Shown: positions 1 through 12,589 of the stretch, in pieces
How the letters are laid out: the number at the start of each line of letters is the position of its first letter
How positions within the stretch are numbered: the first letter of the stretch is position 1
Source of the DNA: Octopus bimaculoides
Lineage: Eukaryota
DNA length: 64,000 nucleotides
NCBI RefSeq assembly: GCF_001194135.2
Contig: NC_068982.1
Coordinates: 125,353,940-125,417,939 of the forward strand
Direction: 5' to 3'
The notes under the pieces: generated by a model
The model's input: only the letters and a program-made list of their open reading frames with translations
Databases searched by the model: none
Told to the model about the DNA's origin: nothing
Program-made: the position numbers and the translations under genes

Positions 1-2009
1 AAGCAAAGAAAAATTTTATCATAAAAGTAATTCTAAAACTTACTCCTCGTCTGAACCCATAGCTAGAAAGAATGTTGAGGCACGGCTTGTCTGTCTGGTG
101 TTTAAAGACTGGGACTGGTTATAATTTAATGAGAAAAACTTTAGTTTCACCCACAGGTTTTTGTATAGGCTATATATTTTCCATCCTTTCAGGTATGTCA
201 AAAATGTGTATTGAAGCATGACATGATATCAAATGTTTACAAAGAGGAATGCCCAAACAATGAAAGAAAGAAAAAAGGTGTTTCTAAGTACATAGTTCAT
301 GAGAAACAACTTCATGATCTGCTCAAAACTGAAGAGTCATTAATTTTAGAGGCGGTCAAATGATATAGAAATAAAAAAATAATTTTAAATGATATACAAA
401 CGAAAATAATTTTAAATGAACTTACATATTTATATCTGTTTGTTTAGCGCGGCTTCGGGTAATGTGATTTCCCTTAAGTCAGAAATTAAAGGAACAAAAA
501 CAGGGGAATGAATAAATAATAATCACGTGGAGGTTTATTAAAAAGGGACCAGTAAAGTTCACTTGCAGCAATTAATTAGTTATTTTTGGTGAGGTTGAAT
601 ATAATCAAAGGGGCCGACAATAATCAAAAAATTGTCGAGTTATCAAGTTTTAAAAACAAGGGAGGCGTTTAAGTGTCTTTTGTGTTGTTTTTAACTGGGA
701 TTAATAAATTATTAAAATGTTATATTGTCTATATTAACACCAATGTTGTTTTAGTACACGAGGTCCTGTAAAATTTTTTAAGTGCAGGCGAAAAATGTCT
801 ATTAGCTGCCTGAGAGTAGTAACTCCATACTGATCGTGTCAACTGAATGGTTAGAGAGAGGATTAATAACACTTAAGAGTGGAGAAAGAGACATTGAGAT
901 GATGACAATCGGACCAATGACAGAGCAGCATATCAGTGTGTGGATGTGTGTGCGGGAACAAATCTGGTACAGGGTAAGTAATTGTTTGTGTATGGCTGAC
1001 TGTGACACAGAGAGAGATAGAGAGAAAAAGAAAACTTCATACACACACATAAAATAACAACACTTTCAATGGAGACAAAATGAAGTCTTGCTAAATTTTT
1101 TTCCTTTAAAGCATGTCAAAGGTTTGTTTGGCAGTGTGACGTATTTAGTTACTTGCTATTATATATATGTATATATGAAAACAAAAATACTTTTAATTTT
1201 GAGAAAGAATATTAATGCAAGTATTTTAAGTTTTAAAATAGTTGTTTTTAAACAAGAATGCAGAAATAACAGTGGTTTACAGATAAGGATCCGGAGACGA
1301 CGGCACATGTTAGATTACANNNNNNNNNNNNNNNNNNNNNNNNNNNNNNNNNNNNNNNNNNNNNNNNNNNNNNNNNNNNNNNNNNNNNNNNNNNNNNNNN
1401 NNNNNNNNNNNNNNNNNNNNNNNNNNNNNNNNNNNNNNNNNNNNNNNNNNNNNNNNNNNNNNNNNNNNNNNNNNNNNNNNNNNNNNNNNNNNNNNNNNNN
1501 NNNNNNNNNNNNNNNNNNNNNNNNNNNNNNNNNNNNNNNNNNNNNNNNNNNNNNNNNNNNNNNNNNNNNNNNNNNNNNNNNNNNNNNNNNNNNNNNNNNN
1601 NNNNNNNNNNNNNNNNNNNNNNNNNNNNNNNNNNNNNNNNNNNNNNNNNNNNNNNNNNNNNNNNNNNNNNNNNNNNNNNNNNNNNNNNNNNNNNNNNNNN
1701 NNNNNNNNNNNNNNNNNNNNNNNNNNNNNNNNNNNNNNNNNNNNNNNNNNNNNNNNNNNNNNNNNNNNNNNNNNNNTAGTACAAGACGAACGTGTCTCCT
1801 TTGTTCTAAGCTTCCAGCAGCAGCATTCTCAAAGACTCTCCAGGAAACTCAAGGAAGATACCATACATTTAGCTATGGATGTTTCGCATATTTTCATTGT
1901 ATAGATATACATTCCAATTTCATATTGGGAGGCCGTTTCAAATTTATGGAATGGAAATGACAATCACAGCGTTTTTTTTGCCAGCTTTTTGCATCAACGT
2001 TAGAAATAT

Positions 2010-2050
<41 letters not shown>

Positions 2051-3345
2051 CATTCTCTTTCTTTCTGTCTTTCTTTTTCTCTCTCGCTCTCTCTTACTCA
2101 CCCTCTTTCTCTTATTCTTTATCTATTTTGAATTTTCCCACTTTTTTTCCTCCTAACATTTTACGTTAAGATTAAGCAAAACTGAAGGATTCCAACAGTT
2201 GACATTTTGTATTTAAACAAATGCTAAAACAAAGTATTCCATATGCTTCTTCATATTTTCTTTTACATACATCTTCTATACACTAATACACATTCTGTTT
2301 TGGGACATCTGAACATGTGTTTTTAGTTAATTTTACCATTTCAAAGCCAAAGCTAGATTTTCTCACATAATTCCTCAATGCAGAATGGAAATGGGAGGTA
2401 TCTAGTCATTCGAGTTTAATTTGACATTTTTTGTTCTACGTCTCAGTTAAGCCAGTTATGACATAGATTTCTACAGTCTGACCCAAAATAGAATCGTCTC
2501 GACATATTTTCTAATGAAAATATATGCAAAAATATTTCACTCATATATTTAATGCAATAACTTACCAGGAAACCTAAAAAATTATTGTCTTGTGAATGGA
2601 ATACTCAGGAAAAAGTGATTGGCGGAAATATTTAGTTTGTTATTCTCGTATGATTCTACAAACCATGGTAGTCGATTGGATTGCTAGTCACTAAATGAAT
2701 TGTATTTATTTTATGCCATCGGGAGTGATAAGACGTAAGTGGTCCTTTACGAGATTCGAGCTCACAGCATAGCAAAGCTAAATAGTATCTGCCGCGCTAC
2801 GCCGCTCCGGGTGTTACCTTAATCATTGTTTTAATATCATCCTTTTCATGGCTCTAATATAAATATGATGCTCACATAAGATGAACAACCAAATTAGCTA
2901 ATATTTTTAGTAGTTGTTTAGTGAATTCAGTTAAATAATTGGAAGTCATCACGCAAGTTATAATATGGAGTAAACTTACACAAAAAGTTCAAACATTGTT
3001 GTATCTGGAGATGGTCATTTTTTTTTCTTCAAATAACCACATGCACTATATACTCATTCTTCACTTCAGCTTGACGAAAGATTTCAGACAAAGGACACTA
3101 AAATAGGAATAAGATTAAAGCTAAAGTGCGTGTGGTTATTTGTCAAGAAAAGAAAAGAAACAAACCATCCCCGAATGCAACAATATCTGTTTCAACACAT
3201 GGTTTCACATCAGGAATCTTGCAAAACAAATGCACAAACGTTCTACAAACACTTTTCCCTTTTATTAGTTTGGATCTCTTTCCCTCTTCATTACAAATGT
3301 ATCATTACAGGTTTTGTGAAGCCGAATCTATTGAACACCTTTCTT

Positions 3346-3572
3346 ATTTCTTTACTGCCCACAAGGGGCTACACACAAAGGGGACAAACAAGGACATACA
3401 AACGGATTAAGTAGATTATATCGACCCAGTATATAACTGGTACTTATTTAATCGACCCCGAAAGGATGAAAGACAAAGTCGACCTCGGCGGACTTTGAAC
3501 TCAGAACGGCTGACGAAATACCACTAAGCATTTCGCCCGGCGTGCTATCGTTTCTGCCAGCTCGCCGCCTTA
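3346..3572 (-). mobile_element. tRNA-derived SINE, family A (Nin/Deu-domain-like), young copy
   Basis: Reverse strand carries the family A head (GGCGGCGAGCTGGCAGAAAC...GAGTTCAAA, Pol III A/B boxes) and the central block GTCGACTTTG(T/C)CTTTCATCCTTTCGGGGTCGAT. Perfect 16-bp TSD ATTGAACACCTTTCTT at 3330-3345 and 3573-3588. Confidence 0.9.
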
Positions 3573-3596
3573 ATTGAACACCTTTCTTTTAAGGCA

Positions 3597-3667
<71 letters not shown>

Positions 3668-3914
3668 CTTCCTAATAAACGGTTCCGATTTGTAGCACTA
3701 CATCCTTCCTTCCGTATATATCCTGTTTTTCCCTTTGTCAACGTTTAACTACAAACTCTCTTGAGCTGATGAAACATCTCTTCACACCTCAATCACATTT
3801 CCCACTAAATCATTCATACCAGACATACACCACATGTTTGGAAGCAAATGAGTGCACCTCAATGAAGTTGCTAGAACTGCTAAAAGTAGCGACCAAAGTA
3901 ACGTCTTAAAAAGA

Positions 3915-4100
3915 AAAAAATGCGGTATTTCGTCCTTCTTTATGTACTGAGTTCAAATTCTGCTGAAGTCGATTTTGCCTTTCATCCTTTCGGGGTCGTT
4001 AAATTAAGTACCAGTTGAACATTGGGGTTGATGTAGTCGACTCATTCCCTCCCCTAAAATTGCTGCCCTTGTGGCAAAATTTGAAATCATCATTATTATT
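3915..4100 (+). mobile_element. SINE family A, older copy
   Basis: GAGTTCAAATTC B box, GCCTTTCATCCTTTCGGGGTC core, tail CCTTGTGGCAAAATTTGAAATCATCATT. Confidence 0.85.
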
Positions 4101-4109
4101 ATTATTAGG

Positions 4110-4230
4110 CAACTGGTTAACCATTTAACTTATTAACTAATCGATTGTTTGATTAATCACTCGGCCAAATCAACCAGGTTTATCAAAGTCCTTTCGTCAC
4201 CATTCGCAACTTCATCAATGACATGCCCTT
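4110..4230 (+). mobile_element. Fragment of the foldback MITE family at 31148-31547
   Basis: Aligns by eye with 31215-31330 (e.g. TCAAAGTCCTTTCGT(C/T)ACCATTCGC). Confidence 0.65.
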
Positions 4231-4491
4231 TTGTACTCCAAGTCAACTTCAGCCTTATTCATTTATGCTATATTATTTTTCTTTATTATCTATTTGTCTA
4301 TCCTCTCCCAGTCGTTCCTTGTTTTGTTTTTTTCTTTTCTACTACTCCTCCTTTCTCTCCCCGCCTCTGCCTTTGTGTACTTTTAGTAATTTGTAAAATT
4401 GTAGTCTCCTCTTTATCATAGAGCCTGTTCTGCTTGATTTCTGGTGCCACGATAAAATACTTCGGCCTTTTGCCGTTTTATGTGATAAGTC

Positions 4492-4858
4492 TGTAGTAAC
4501 GCCGTGCGCATGCGTAGTCTCACGCATGCGTGGAATTCAACATCCAAGCGTTCCCGCTTTATTCACTCTCTTTCTCGCCTGGCCGGCATTGAGCATGGAC
4601 GCGTCAAGCCTTCTCTCCATCTTTCGAACTCACGCCAGACAGCTCACATCAACATTCCGGCGTCTCAGCAACCATGTTCTCACACACAAAAGGCGTCTCA
4701 ACAACCAAGAGTAAAGCTGTCTATTTACCACCATGAATAAATATTGTTGTGTTGATTAGTTTGGAGTTCTGCGTTCCGTTAATTTCTAATTTAATATAGG
4801 AAAGTAGGTGTACACCTAATGGTGTGTAACCACTATTCCTATAGTGGTGACCCCGACG
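4492..4858 (+). mobile_element. LTR retrotransposon 5' LTR (about 352 bp) with tRNA-Trp primer-binding site, truncated
   Basis: Starts TGTAG (4492) and ends CTATA (4843; one change from CTACA). AATAAA at 4736-4741. TGGTGACCCCGACG at 4845-4858 is complementary to the 3' end of eukaryotic tRNA-Trp. No gag/pol ORF or second LTR seen. Confidence 0.75.
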
Positions 4859-5693
4859 CGATTCAGACACGCAGCCCGCTGAGCTACAATAACAACTATT
4901 TCTATATAACTGATAACCAACATTCCTATAAGTCTAATAGACAGCATCCGGTTTAATACCGCCGACTAGAGCTTGGATGTTCAATCTATTGCAAGAATTC
5001 GTATCAGTCATTCAGTTAAAGAACTACATAGCCTCACTTTGTAAATATATTTATTTTTATTATATTACAAGAAGTCATGAAAATGATTCGTAGTTCTGGC
5101 TGACAAAATGACAAATGCATTATCAGAAAAACTTCGAGAGAGATATCTGGTGAAAGAGCTATTTCACCTCAAGTAGCCATCTCGTCCTTGATCATATTGA
5201 GTAGAGAAATGATTGGAGGACCCAGGACACCGGACATTTCCGCCTCTATAAATTCGAAAAGAAATGTATCAGAGAGGAGCCGATACTTTGTCAGTTTGTA
5301 ATCCTTCACTTCTGTAACGATTTTTATGACTTACTCCCCCTTATTTTTTCAATGAAAGCTTAATGCGAGAATAGTCGTATAATTCAGCGTCTTCTTCGTA
5401 AGTTCGTAAATAAAATTTTGTTGAGCTTAGAATATCAAAAAAAAAACAAAAAAACATAGACTTTAAGCTGAAATACTTAGGGATTGAAGCTGTGGTTACT
5501 GGCAACTTCTGTGGTACTTTTTTTTTTATCTGCCTCATGCTCAAACTAAACTTTAAAAAACAACAAAACAAATGATAAAAATAGCAAATCGGATCGAACA
5601 ATTTATTCAACTCTATCCAAAGCCCATTTCTCTCTAGTAATCTACAACACACGAAGCAATCAATGTGTGTGTGCGTGCGCGTGTTTGCATGTA

Positions 5694-5764
<71 letters not shown>

Positions 5765-6294
5765 TCAAATATTCTTGTGACTTTTCAATGTCGCATACCG
5801 AACAAGGCCTATTTCGAGAAGGGACCTAATGTGAGTTGTCTCGCTTGCGTATGACTTACTTTCAGGTGTTTTAACACCAGGCGCAGTGAGAACATTTTCT
5901 CTTACGCCTAAAAACGCAGACGACCCACGAACTAACAACACACACACCTTATATATGTGTGTTCGATTTTGTTTATATACCACGAGCTGCTTCTAATTCA
6001 TATTTGAATTTTTTCCGTGGCATGAAACGTTGGGACATGCCAGCAAATGGTTTTCAACCCATTTAGCATATGGTCACATTCGGTGACATAACTTGCAGCG
6101 GAGAGTCTGCCTACTGTAATTAAGTTGGACGACGTAACCGAACTTATGACAGATGAAGACGGAAAATAATAAACTGTATAAATAGAACGGTAAAATGAAA
6201 CTGCGAGCTTTGGGGGGCTCGTAAGCCTTTTCATTTTAATAATTCATATTTTCATTCGTTAAAATGTACCCCACGTTTTGTACTGCATTTTGTA

Positions 6295-6485
6295 CTTGGG
6301 CTCTTGCCGGTAGAATTGTTAGCATGCCGGAAAAAATGCTCATCAACATTTCTTCTGGTTTTACATTCTGAGTTCAAATTCCGTCGAGATTGATTTTTGC
6401 CTTTCATCCTTTCGGGGTCGTTAAAATAAGTACCGGTTGAGCACTTCAGAATTTCCGGCCTAGTGCCTATAAAAGAAAAGTTTAT
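6295..6485 (+). mobile_element. SINE family A
   Basis: B box GAGTTCAAATTCC, core GCCTTTCATCCTTTCGGGGTCG, tail GGCCTAGTGCCTATAAAAGAAAAG. Confidence 0.85.
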
Positions 6486-7309
6486 TGTTGCTTAGCCTGT
6501 TAGAAATCGCAACCAAATTCTCCAGAACACCCCCCCCCCCGCCAGTGTCTTAAAAAAGAGAGCACATTGGACACTGAGTCATAGACAAAGAGATGGGATG
6601 GTTATGTCTGGAGTATTTTGGTCATATGCCTGTGTAATTATAGTGACTAAAGGCTAAGCAACGAGTCTTGCGAAGTATTTCGCATTTTATCACGATAAAG
6701 CTGGTGGATATTTGTTTACAAAAGTAATTAGAACACTTAAAACTCATTAAATAATATCGGCCCATGTTCAAACTGTAATTCTGAAAGAAGATATTGTTAT
6801 TGAGAAATTCTTAGTTTTTTGACACTTCCAACATTAGCTGCCTCAACAGTAACTTGGTGGGTGGACACAATATTTGAACGATTTACAATTTGTAGCTCGG
6901 TAACTTTTTAGTTTTAGGTTGCAATTATTAATTTCGTTTAATCTCTCCTAATTCGATAAAGCAATAAAATAAACTGCAGTAAAGCATGTCTTCAGAATCA
7001 CACCAGTGATAAATGAGTCTGGTGGCAAACCGATTCAATAGTTTTATCAGTCAGGTAAAAACTGCAATCTGAGAAACCTGGTTGATGGTCACCAACGCCA
7101 ATAATTAATTCAAAGAATTTTTTTTTTTTTTTTTTTTTTTTGTCACATGTCACTTCTCACTTCTTGACTTGAAGGGAAGGGCAGTGCTCATAGCCCTTCA
7201 CAGGGCCTCTAAGGTCAGACGAAAGAAGAAAGGAATAATCTGGTCTAAAAACTTGATAAAGGCGTCTAAGGACTAAGTAGGGTTGTTAAGCCAGGCGACG
7301 AATTAAGAC

Positions 7310-7590
7310 TGTCATCCGAGTAAGCCATGGTGGGATTTGAACTCAGAATTCAAAAAGCTGGAACAAATATTGCAAGACGCTCTAATCATTTCACCACTTT
7401 ACCCTACTGAACTGGTGTTATAGTTATAAACCCCGAAAGGATGAATGGCACAGTTGATCCTGCCAGAGTCGACTTTGCTCTTCAGTCTTTCAAGGTTGAT
7501 AAGATAAAGGTTCAGTCAAGTACAGGGCTCGATGGTATCGATTTACTCCTCTCCTCAAAATTCTGGTTTTGAGCCTAAATTAGAAACCGT
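7310..7590. mobile_element. Cluster of SINE family A fragments including an inverted junction
   Basis: Minus-strand head and core pieces at about 7310-7460 abut a plus-strand core-plus-tail piece at 7466-7590. Confidence 0.7.
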
Positions 7591-7867
7591 AACAAAACGT
7601 ATGTTACCTACCGGAGCAGATACTGCAAGGCATCTAGATAGATTCTCAGACAATTCTACCACTTGATCGCCCGATATTCCTCTTTTTAAGACAATAGTCG
7701 TGATTTGAGGACACTTTGATTGATATTTCTAGCAAATCGAACGATCACATATTTAGTTTACCTACCTACCTACCTACCTGCCTACCTACCAGCATACCTA
7801 CTTACCATGTCGTCTGCAGACGAACACCATCAACCACTTGTCTCCACAACTCCCTCTCCCCACACTG

Positions 7868-8055
7868 ATTACAAATTTTGGCACAAGGCCAGCAATTTTG
7901 GAGGAGTTGGTAAGTCGGTTGTATCGACCCCAGTGCTCAACTGGTCCTCGTTTGTCAACCTCGAAAGGATGAAAAGCAAAGTCGACCTCGACAGAATTTG
8001 AACTCAGAAAATAAAGACGGGCGAAATGCGCTAAGCATTTTGCCTGGTGTGCTAG
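7868..8055 (-). mobile_element. SINE family A
   Basis: CCTCGAAAGGATGAAAAGCAAAGTCGACCTCGACAGAATTTGAACTCAG is the reverse complement of the family core and B box. Confidence 0.85.
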
Positions 8056-9300
8056 ACCAGAGTCTCAACCAGTTAGTTAATAAATATTCTGGTATTAACG
8101 TATGTTAATTATAGAATATATTTGATCATTGCAGTCTCTAAGACTAGTAGAAGGAACAGGGGAAGTTATTCTCAGATCAAAGACCAGACCCGAATGCTTG
8201 CAACAGAAGGGAATCCGCTAAAGGCACACAAGACTCGTGCGGTGGTGATGAACCGATCGACGGATTATGGCCACTAAATACAGAAATTAATTCAAGCTTC
8301 TGTAATTCGAAAAATAAGTCACAAGCTATCTTCAGCGTGTCGACAGTGCAGATGGCTGTGTTGATAAAATACCGGAGCACTAGTGGTCCATATCCTGTAA
8401 CAGGTGTGAAAATATGTGCTCAAAGTCCGAAGCACCCAACTGGAAGTAGATAACGTAGATTATGTGGTCCACTAAGTTGAAGGGAAGGGCACTAAATATG
8501 TGATCGTTCGATTTGCTAGAAGTATCAATCAAAGTGTCCTCAAATTACGACTATCGTCTTAAAAAGAGGGATATCGGGTGATCAAGTGGTAGAATTGTCT
8601 GAGAATCAAACTTGATGCCTTGCAGTACCTGCTCCGGCTCTTTTGCATTCTGACAGCAATGCTCGTGACAGCACTGGTACTAAACTGTATCAGCCCAAGT
8701 CGGCGGCTTTTCCCTTGAAAAAAAAAAAAAAAACCCCATCGGTAGCGTGGAGTGGAGAGACATGCTTAGGACATTGCTAGTCTTCTTCAAGAACATCTTG
8801 CACATACCTGTACATACTTGTGCACATGCATAGTCAACATTGATCTGCGGAGATCATACGAAGATAACCTAGTTTCTAAACTTGTTTAGAAAGCGCTTTA
8901 CATATGAAAACCTATTAATGTATTATTACCATTCTCTGTATTCTTTAGAATAATTGCATTGCCAAATTCTACTACTTGTCAACAGTGGGAGGTGCGTATA
9001 TAAGTTGTTTTATATTTTTCAATTTATATTTTTTCAATTTTGCATACTGAAGTATAATGGTGGTGGTGGGGGGGAATTAAAATGTTTTTCCTGTCGAGTC
9101 CAGTGGTGTTTTAGTGAGAAGATTGGTGGAAGCAAGATCGTGACCCGAAACTTCCTTCCTTGAGTCATGTGACATGTGCATGTCATACCAATTAACACAC
9201 GGCTACAATTTGCTTAATCCTGCAAAACAGGTTACATTACGCACTTTTATTTATTCTCTGAGTGCATTCACTGAAAATACCAAATTTGACAATTTATGAC

Positions 9301-9910
9301 TCACACAAACTTACAAGGTACCTCAATTTTGACAGTCCCCTTTCTTGAGCCACTTTCGTATTCTTATTTTTATAGGACGTAAATTTATTTCTTGGAACAT
9401 TTTACTCGCAAGAAGTGCTGCAAAATATGGTAGTCGCAACATCATTGCTTGTTATATCTACAACTACTTTTAGGTTTATTCTAACACAAATTCGTATCAG
9501 CTTGTAATGCTCGCTTGCCATCACAAACTTACAAGGCATCTCAGTTTCGACTGTTCTTTTCTTGAGCAACTTCTCGGGAACCCAAATCGTAGCTTTGCAT
9601 TTATAAGACGCACAAGGCCAGCAATTTCGTGAGATTGGGTAAGTCGATTATATCGACTCTAGTGCTAAACTAGAACCTATTTTATCAACCGCAAAAAAGG
9701 ATGAAAGGAAAAGTTGACCTCAGTGGAATTTAAACTCAGTGGGTAAATACAGACGAAATGTCGCTAAGCATTTTGTTCGGAACATTTTCCCTAGGAAAAT
9801 ATGTTCCTTGTAAATCCCCAATATTGTAGTTGTAACATCACTGCTTGCCTCAACAATTTTTGGTTTATTCAAACACAAATTTTTATCAGCTTCCAACGCT
9901 CGCTTGTCAA
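9301..9910. repeat. Diverged tandem duplication of an approximately 220-bp unit; second copy interrupted by a minus-strand SINE A (9605-9780)
   Basis: CACAAACTTACAAGG..CTCA at 9303 and 9522; AACACAAATT..TATCAGCTT....GCTCGCTTG at 9483 and 9871. Confidence 0.7.
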
Positions 9911-10511
9911 CTCATTTCCTGTGAAGGTAATTAGTAACTTTTTCTGATAATGGAAAGCATTCTGATTTGTTGGATCTGCGCATCTCGTAAGACTGTATTC
10001 TACACGCCAGTCATTTTATGAAATTCCAGATAATTAAGAACACTTTTGTTCAGGTTGTATATAGCCAGCGACTGATTTGTTCAGGTTGGCGTGTTTTTAG
10101 GCGATAGTGAAATTTAAACTATGTGTCACCACATTTTAAATGTATAGCTAGACCTATTTCTAGAATATACGTGTCTAAGGATAGTTAACCATCAGAGAGA
10201 AAGAGAAAAGAATTTAAGTCACCACTCATGAGTGAGCAGCTTACATTGAGCTTATTTGGCAATATAGTATGATAACGTCTATGTCATTGAAACAACAAAT
10301 ATTTCTAAAGAATCTGAAATAAAAGAGAGGGAGAGGGAGAAAGAGGGAGGGAGAGAGAAAGAGAAAGAGAAAAAGAACGAAGGAGAAAAGATTTACGGAC
10401 ATATGGAGTAGAGTTCTCATATAAAGAGCAATACATACATAATGTATATGTATGTGTGTGTGTGTATATACACAACTATATATATATTCATATGCATACA
10501 TTTATATACGT

Positions 10512-10544
<33 letters not shown>

Positions 10545-11099
10545 NNNNNNNNNNNNNNNNNNNNNNNNNNNNNNNNNNNNNNNNNNNNNNNNNNATGTAT
10601 GTATACACATACATACATACATACAAACATCTTGCCTGGTTTTGCGAGCGAGCGGAGATTTACGGCAATGAGCACAAAAAGAAGACAATACGAGAAGAAC
10701 TAGTTTCAACACGTAATGACATACAAAATGGCGACAAGTACTGTCGGGTTTTATTATTGGATCGATCAAGTGCAGCGGTTGACAGAATAGTTTGAGTAAT
10801 TTATACACATATAGAATTTATTCTTACGTAATCATTGTCGGAAAATACCAGCAAATGGTTTTTTCGCTGTTTGTATACAGTCAAAGACTGGCGATTCAGT
10901 TCGCCTCTAATTCGGTTCAGATACGTGATGTTGATAAGCCACAAAATGGCGAAACATCGATGTCCATTACTCCTGAATAAGATTTTGGGGATGAGTTGTC
11001 TCGCCTGTCTATGACTTTAATGTGTTCTAACAACCGGAGCTTTGAGAGTCATCTCTACCGCGACAAATGGCAGCCTACCGGCTGACCACATTCGCTGAG

Positions 11100-11114
11100 T
11101 ATGTGTGTTCGATA

Positions 11115-11146
<32 letters not shown>

Positions 11147-11290
11147 AATATTTGTTTCGTCTTTAAACTGTGGCCATGCTGATATGTATGTTTATGTGTC
11201 TTTGGGTTTGTGCCCCATACCCCAACCACTTGACAACTGATGTTGGTTTGTTTATATCTTCGTAATAGCGGTTTGGCAAAAAGAATACTC
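11100..11290 (+). mobile_element. SINE family B (CORE-like), 3' portion
   Basis: CCACTTGACAACTGATGTTGGTTTGTTTAT...TAGCGGTTTGGCAAAAG matches the 3' half of the other family B copies. Confidence 0.7.
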
Positions 11291-11449
11291 TAGTGTGGAT
11301 CTTATTTGAGCCTTGTATATAGCCAGCGACTGATTGCAGCTGACGTATATCATGAACTCTAAAGAAAAATCCTGGTCTTTGTGATCTAGTTAAGGCAACT
11401 TCATACATATGTGAGGTCGCCAAGACAAATAGTTAGAGATTGTGAAGTT

Positions 11450-11527
<78 letters not shown>

Positions 11528-12185
11528 NNNNNNNNNNNNNNNNNNNNNNNNNNNNNNNNNNNNNNNNNNNNNNNNNNNNNNNNNNNNNNNNNNNNNNNNN
11601 NNNNNNNNNNNNNNNNNNNNNNNNNNNNNNNNNNNNNNNNNNNNNNNNNNNNNNNNNNNNNNNNNNNNNNNNNNNNNNNNNNNNNNNNNNNNNNNNNNNN
11701 NNNNNNNNNNNNNNNNNNNNNNNNNNNNNNNNNNNNNNNNNNNNNNNNNNNNNNNNNNNNNNNNNNNNNNNNNNNNNNNNNNNNNNNNNNNNNNNNNNNN
11801 NNNNNNNNNNNNNNNNNNNNNNNNNNNNNNNNNNNNNNNNNNNNNNNNNNNNNNNNNNNNNNNNNNNNNNNNNNNNNNNNNNNNNNNNNNNNNNNNNNNN
11901 NNNNNNNNNNNNNNNNNNNNNNNNNNNNNNNNNNNNNNNNNNNNNNNNNNNNNNNNNNNNNNNNNNNNNNNNNNNNNNNNNNNNNNNNNNNNNNNNNNNN
12001 NNNNNNNNNNNNNNNNNNNNNNNNNNNNNNNNNNNNNNNNNNNNNNNNNNNNNNNNNNNNNNNNNNNNNNNNNNNNNNNNNNNNNNNNNNNNNNNNNNNN
12101 NNNNNNNNNNNNNNNNNNNNNNNNNNNNNNNNNNNNNNNNNNNNNNNNNNNNNNNNNNNNNNNNNNNNNNNNNNNNNNNNNNNNN

Positions 12186-12219
<34 letters not shown>

Positions 12220-12222
<3 letters not shown>

Positions 12223-12551
12223 TGCAGGAGTGACCGTGTGGTAAGCAGTTTGCTTTCCAACCACATGGTTCCTGGTTCAGTCCCACTGCGTGGCCCCCTG
12301 TGAATGGGTTTGGTAGACGGAAACTGAAAGAAGCCCGTTGTATATGTGTGTGTGAGTCTGTGTTTGTTCACCCATCACCGGTGTTGGTGTGTTTACGTTC
12401 CGGTAACTTAGTGGTTCAGCAAAGAGACCGGTAGAATAAGTACTAGGCTTTAAAAATAAGTCCTGGGGTCGATCTGTTTCACTAAAACTCTTCAAAGAGG
12501 TTCACCAGCAGGGCTGGGGTCAAATGATTGAAACAAGTAAAAGAATAAAAG

Positions 12552-12560
<9 letters not shown>
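12220..12560 (+). mobile_element. SINE family B (tRNA head, CORE-like, OR2-like), internally deleted
   Basis: GCAGGAGTGACCGTGTGGTAAG head, GGTTCAGTCCC B box, 3' end TGATTGAAACAAGTAAAAGAATAAAAGAAT. Flanked by (TA)n on both sides. Confidence 0.85.
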
Positions 12561-12589
<29 letters not shown>

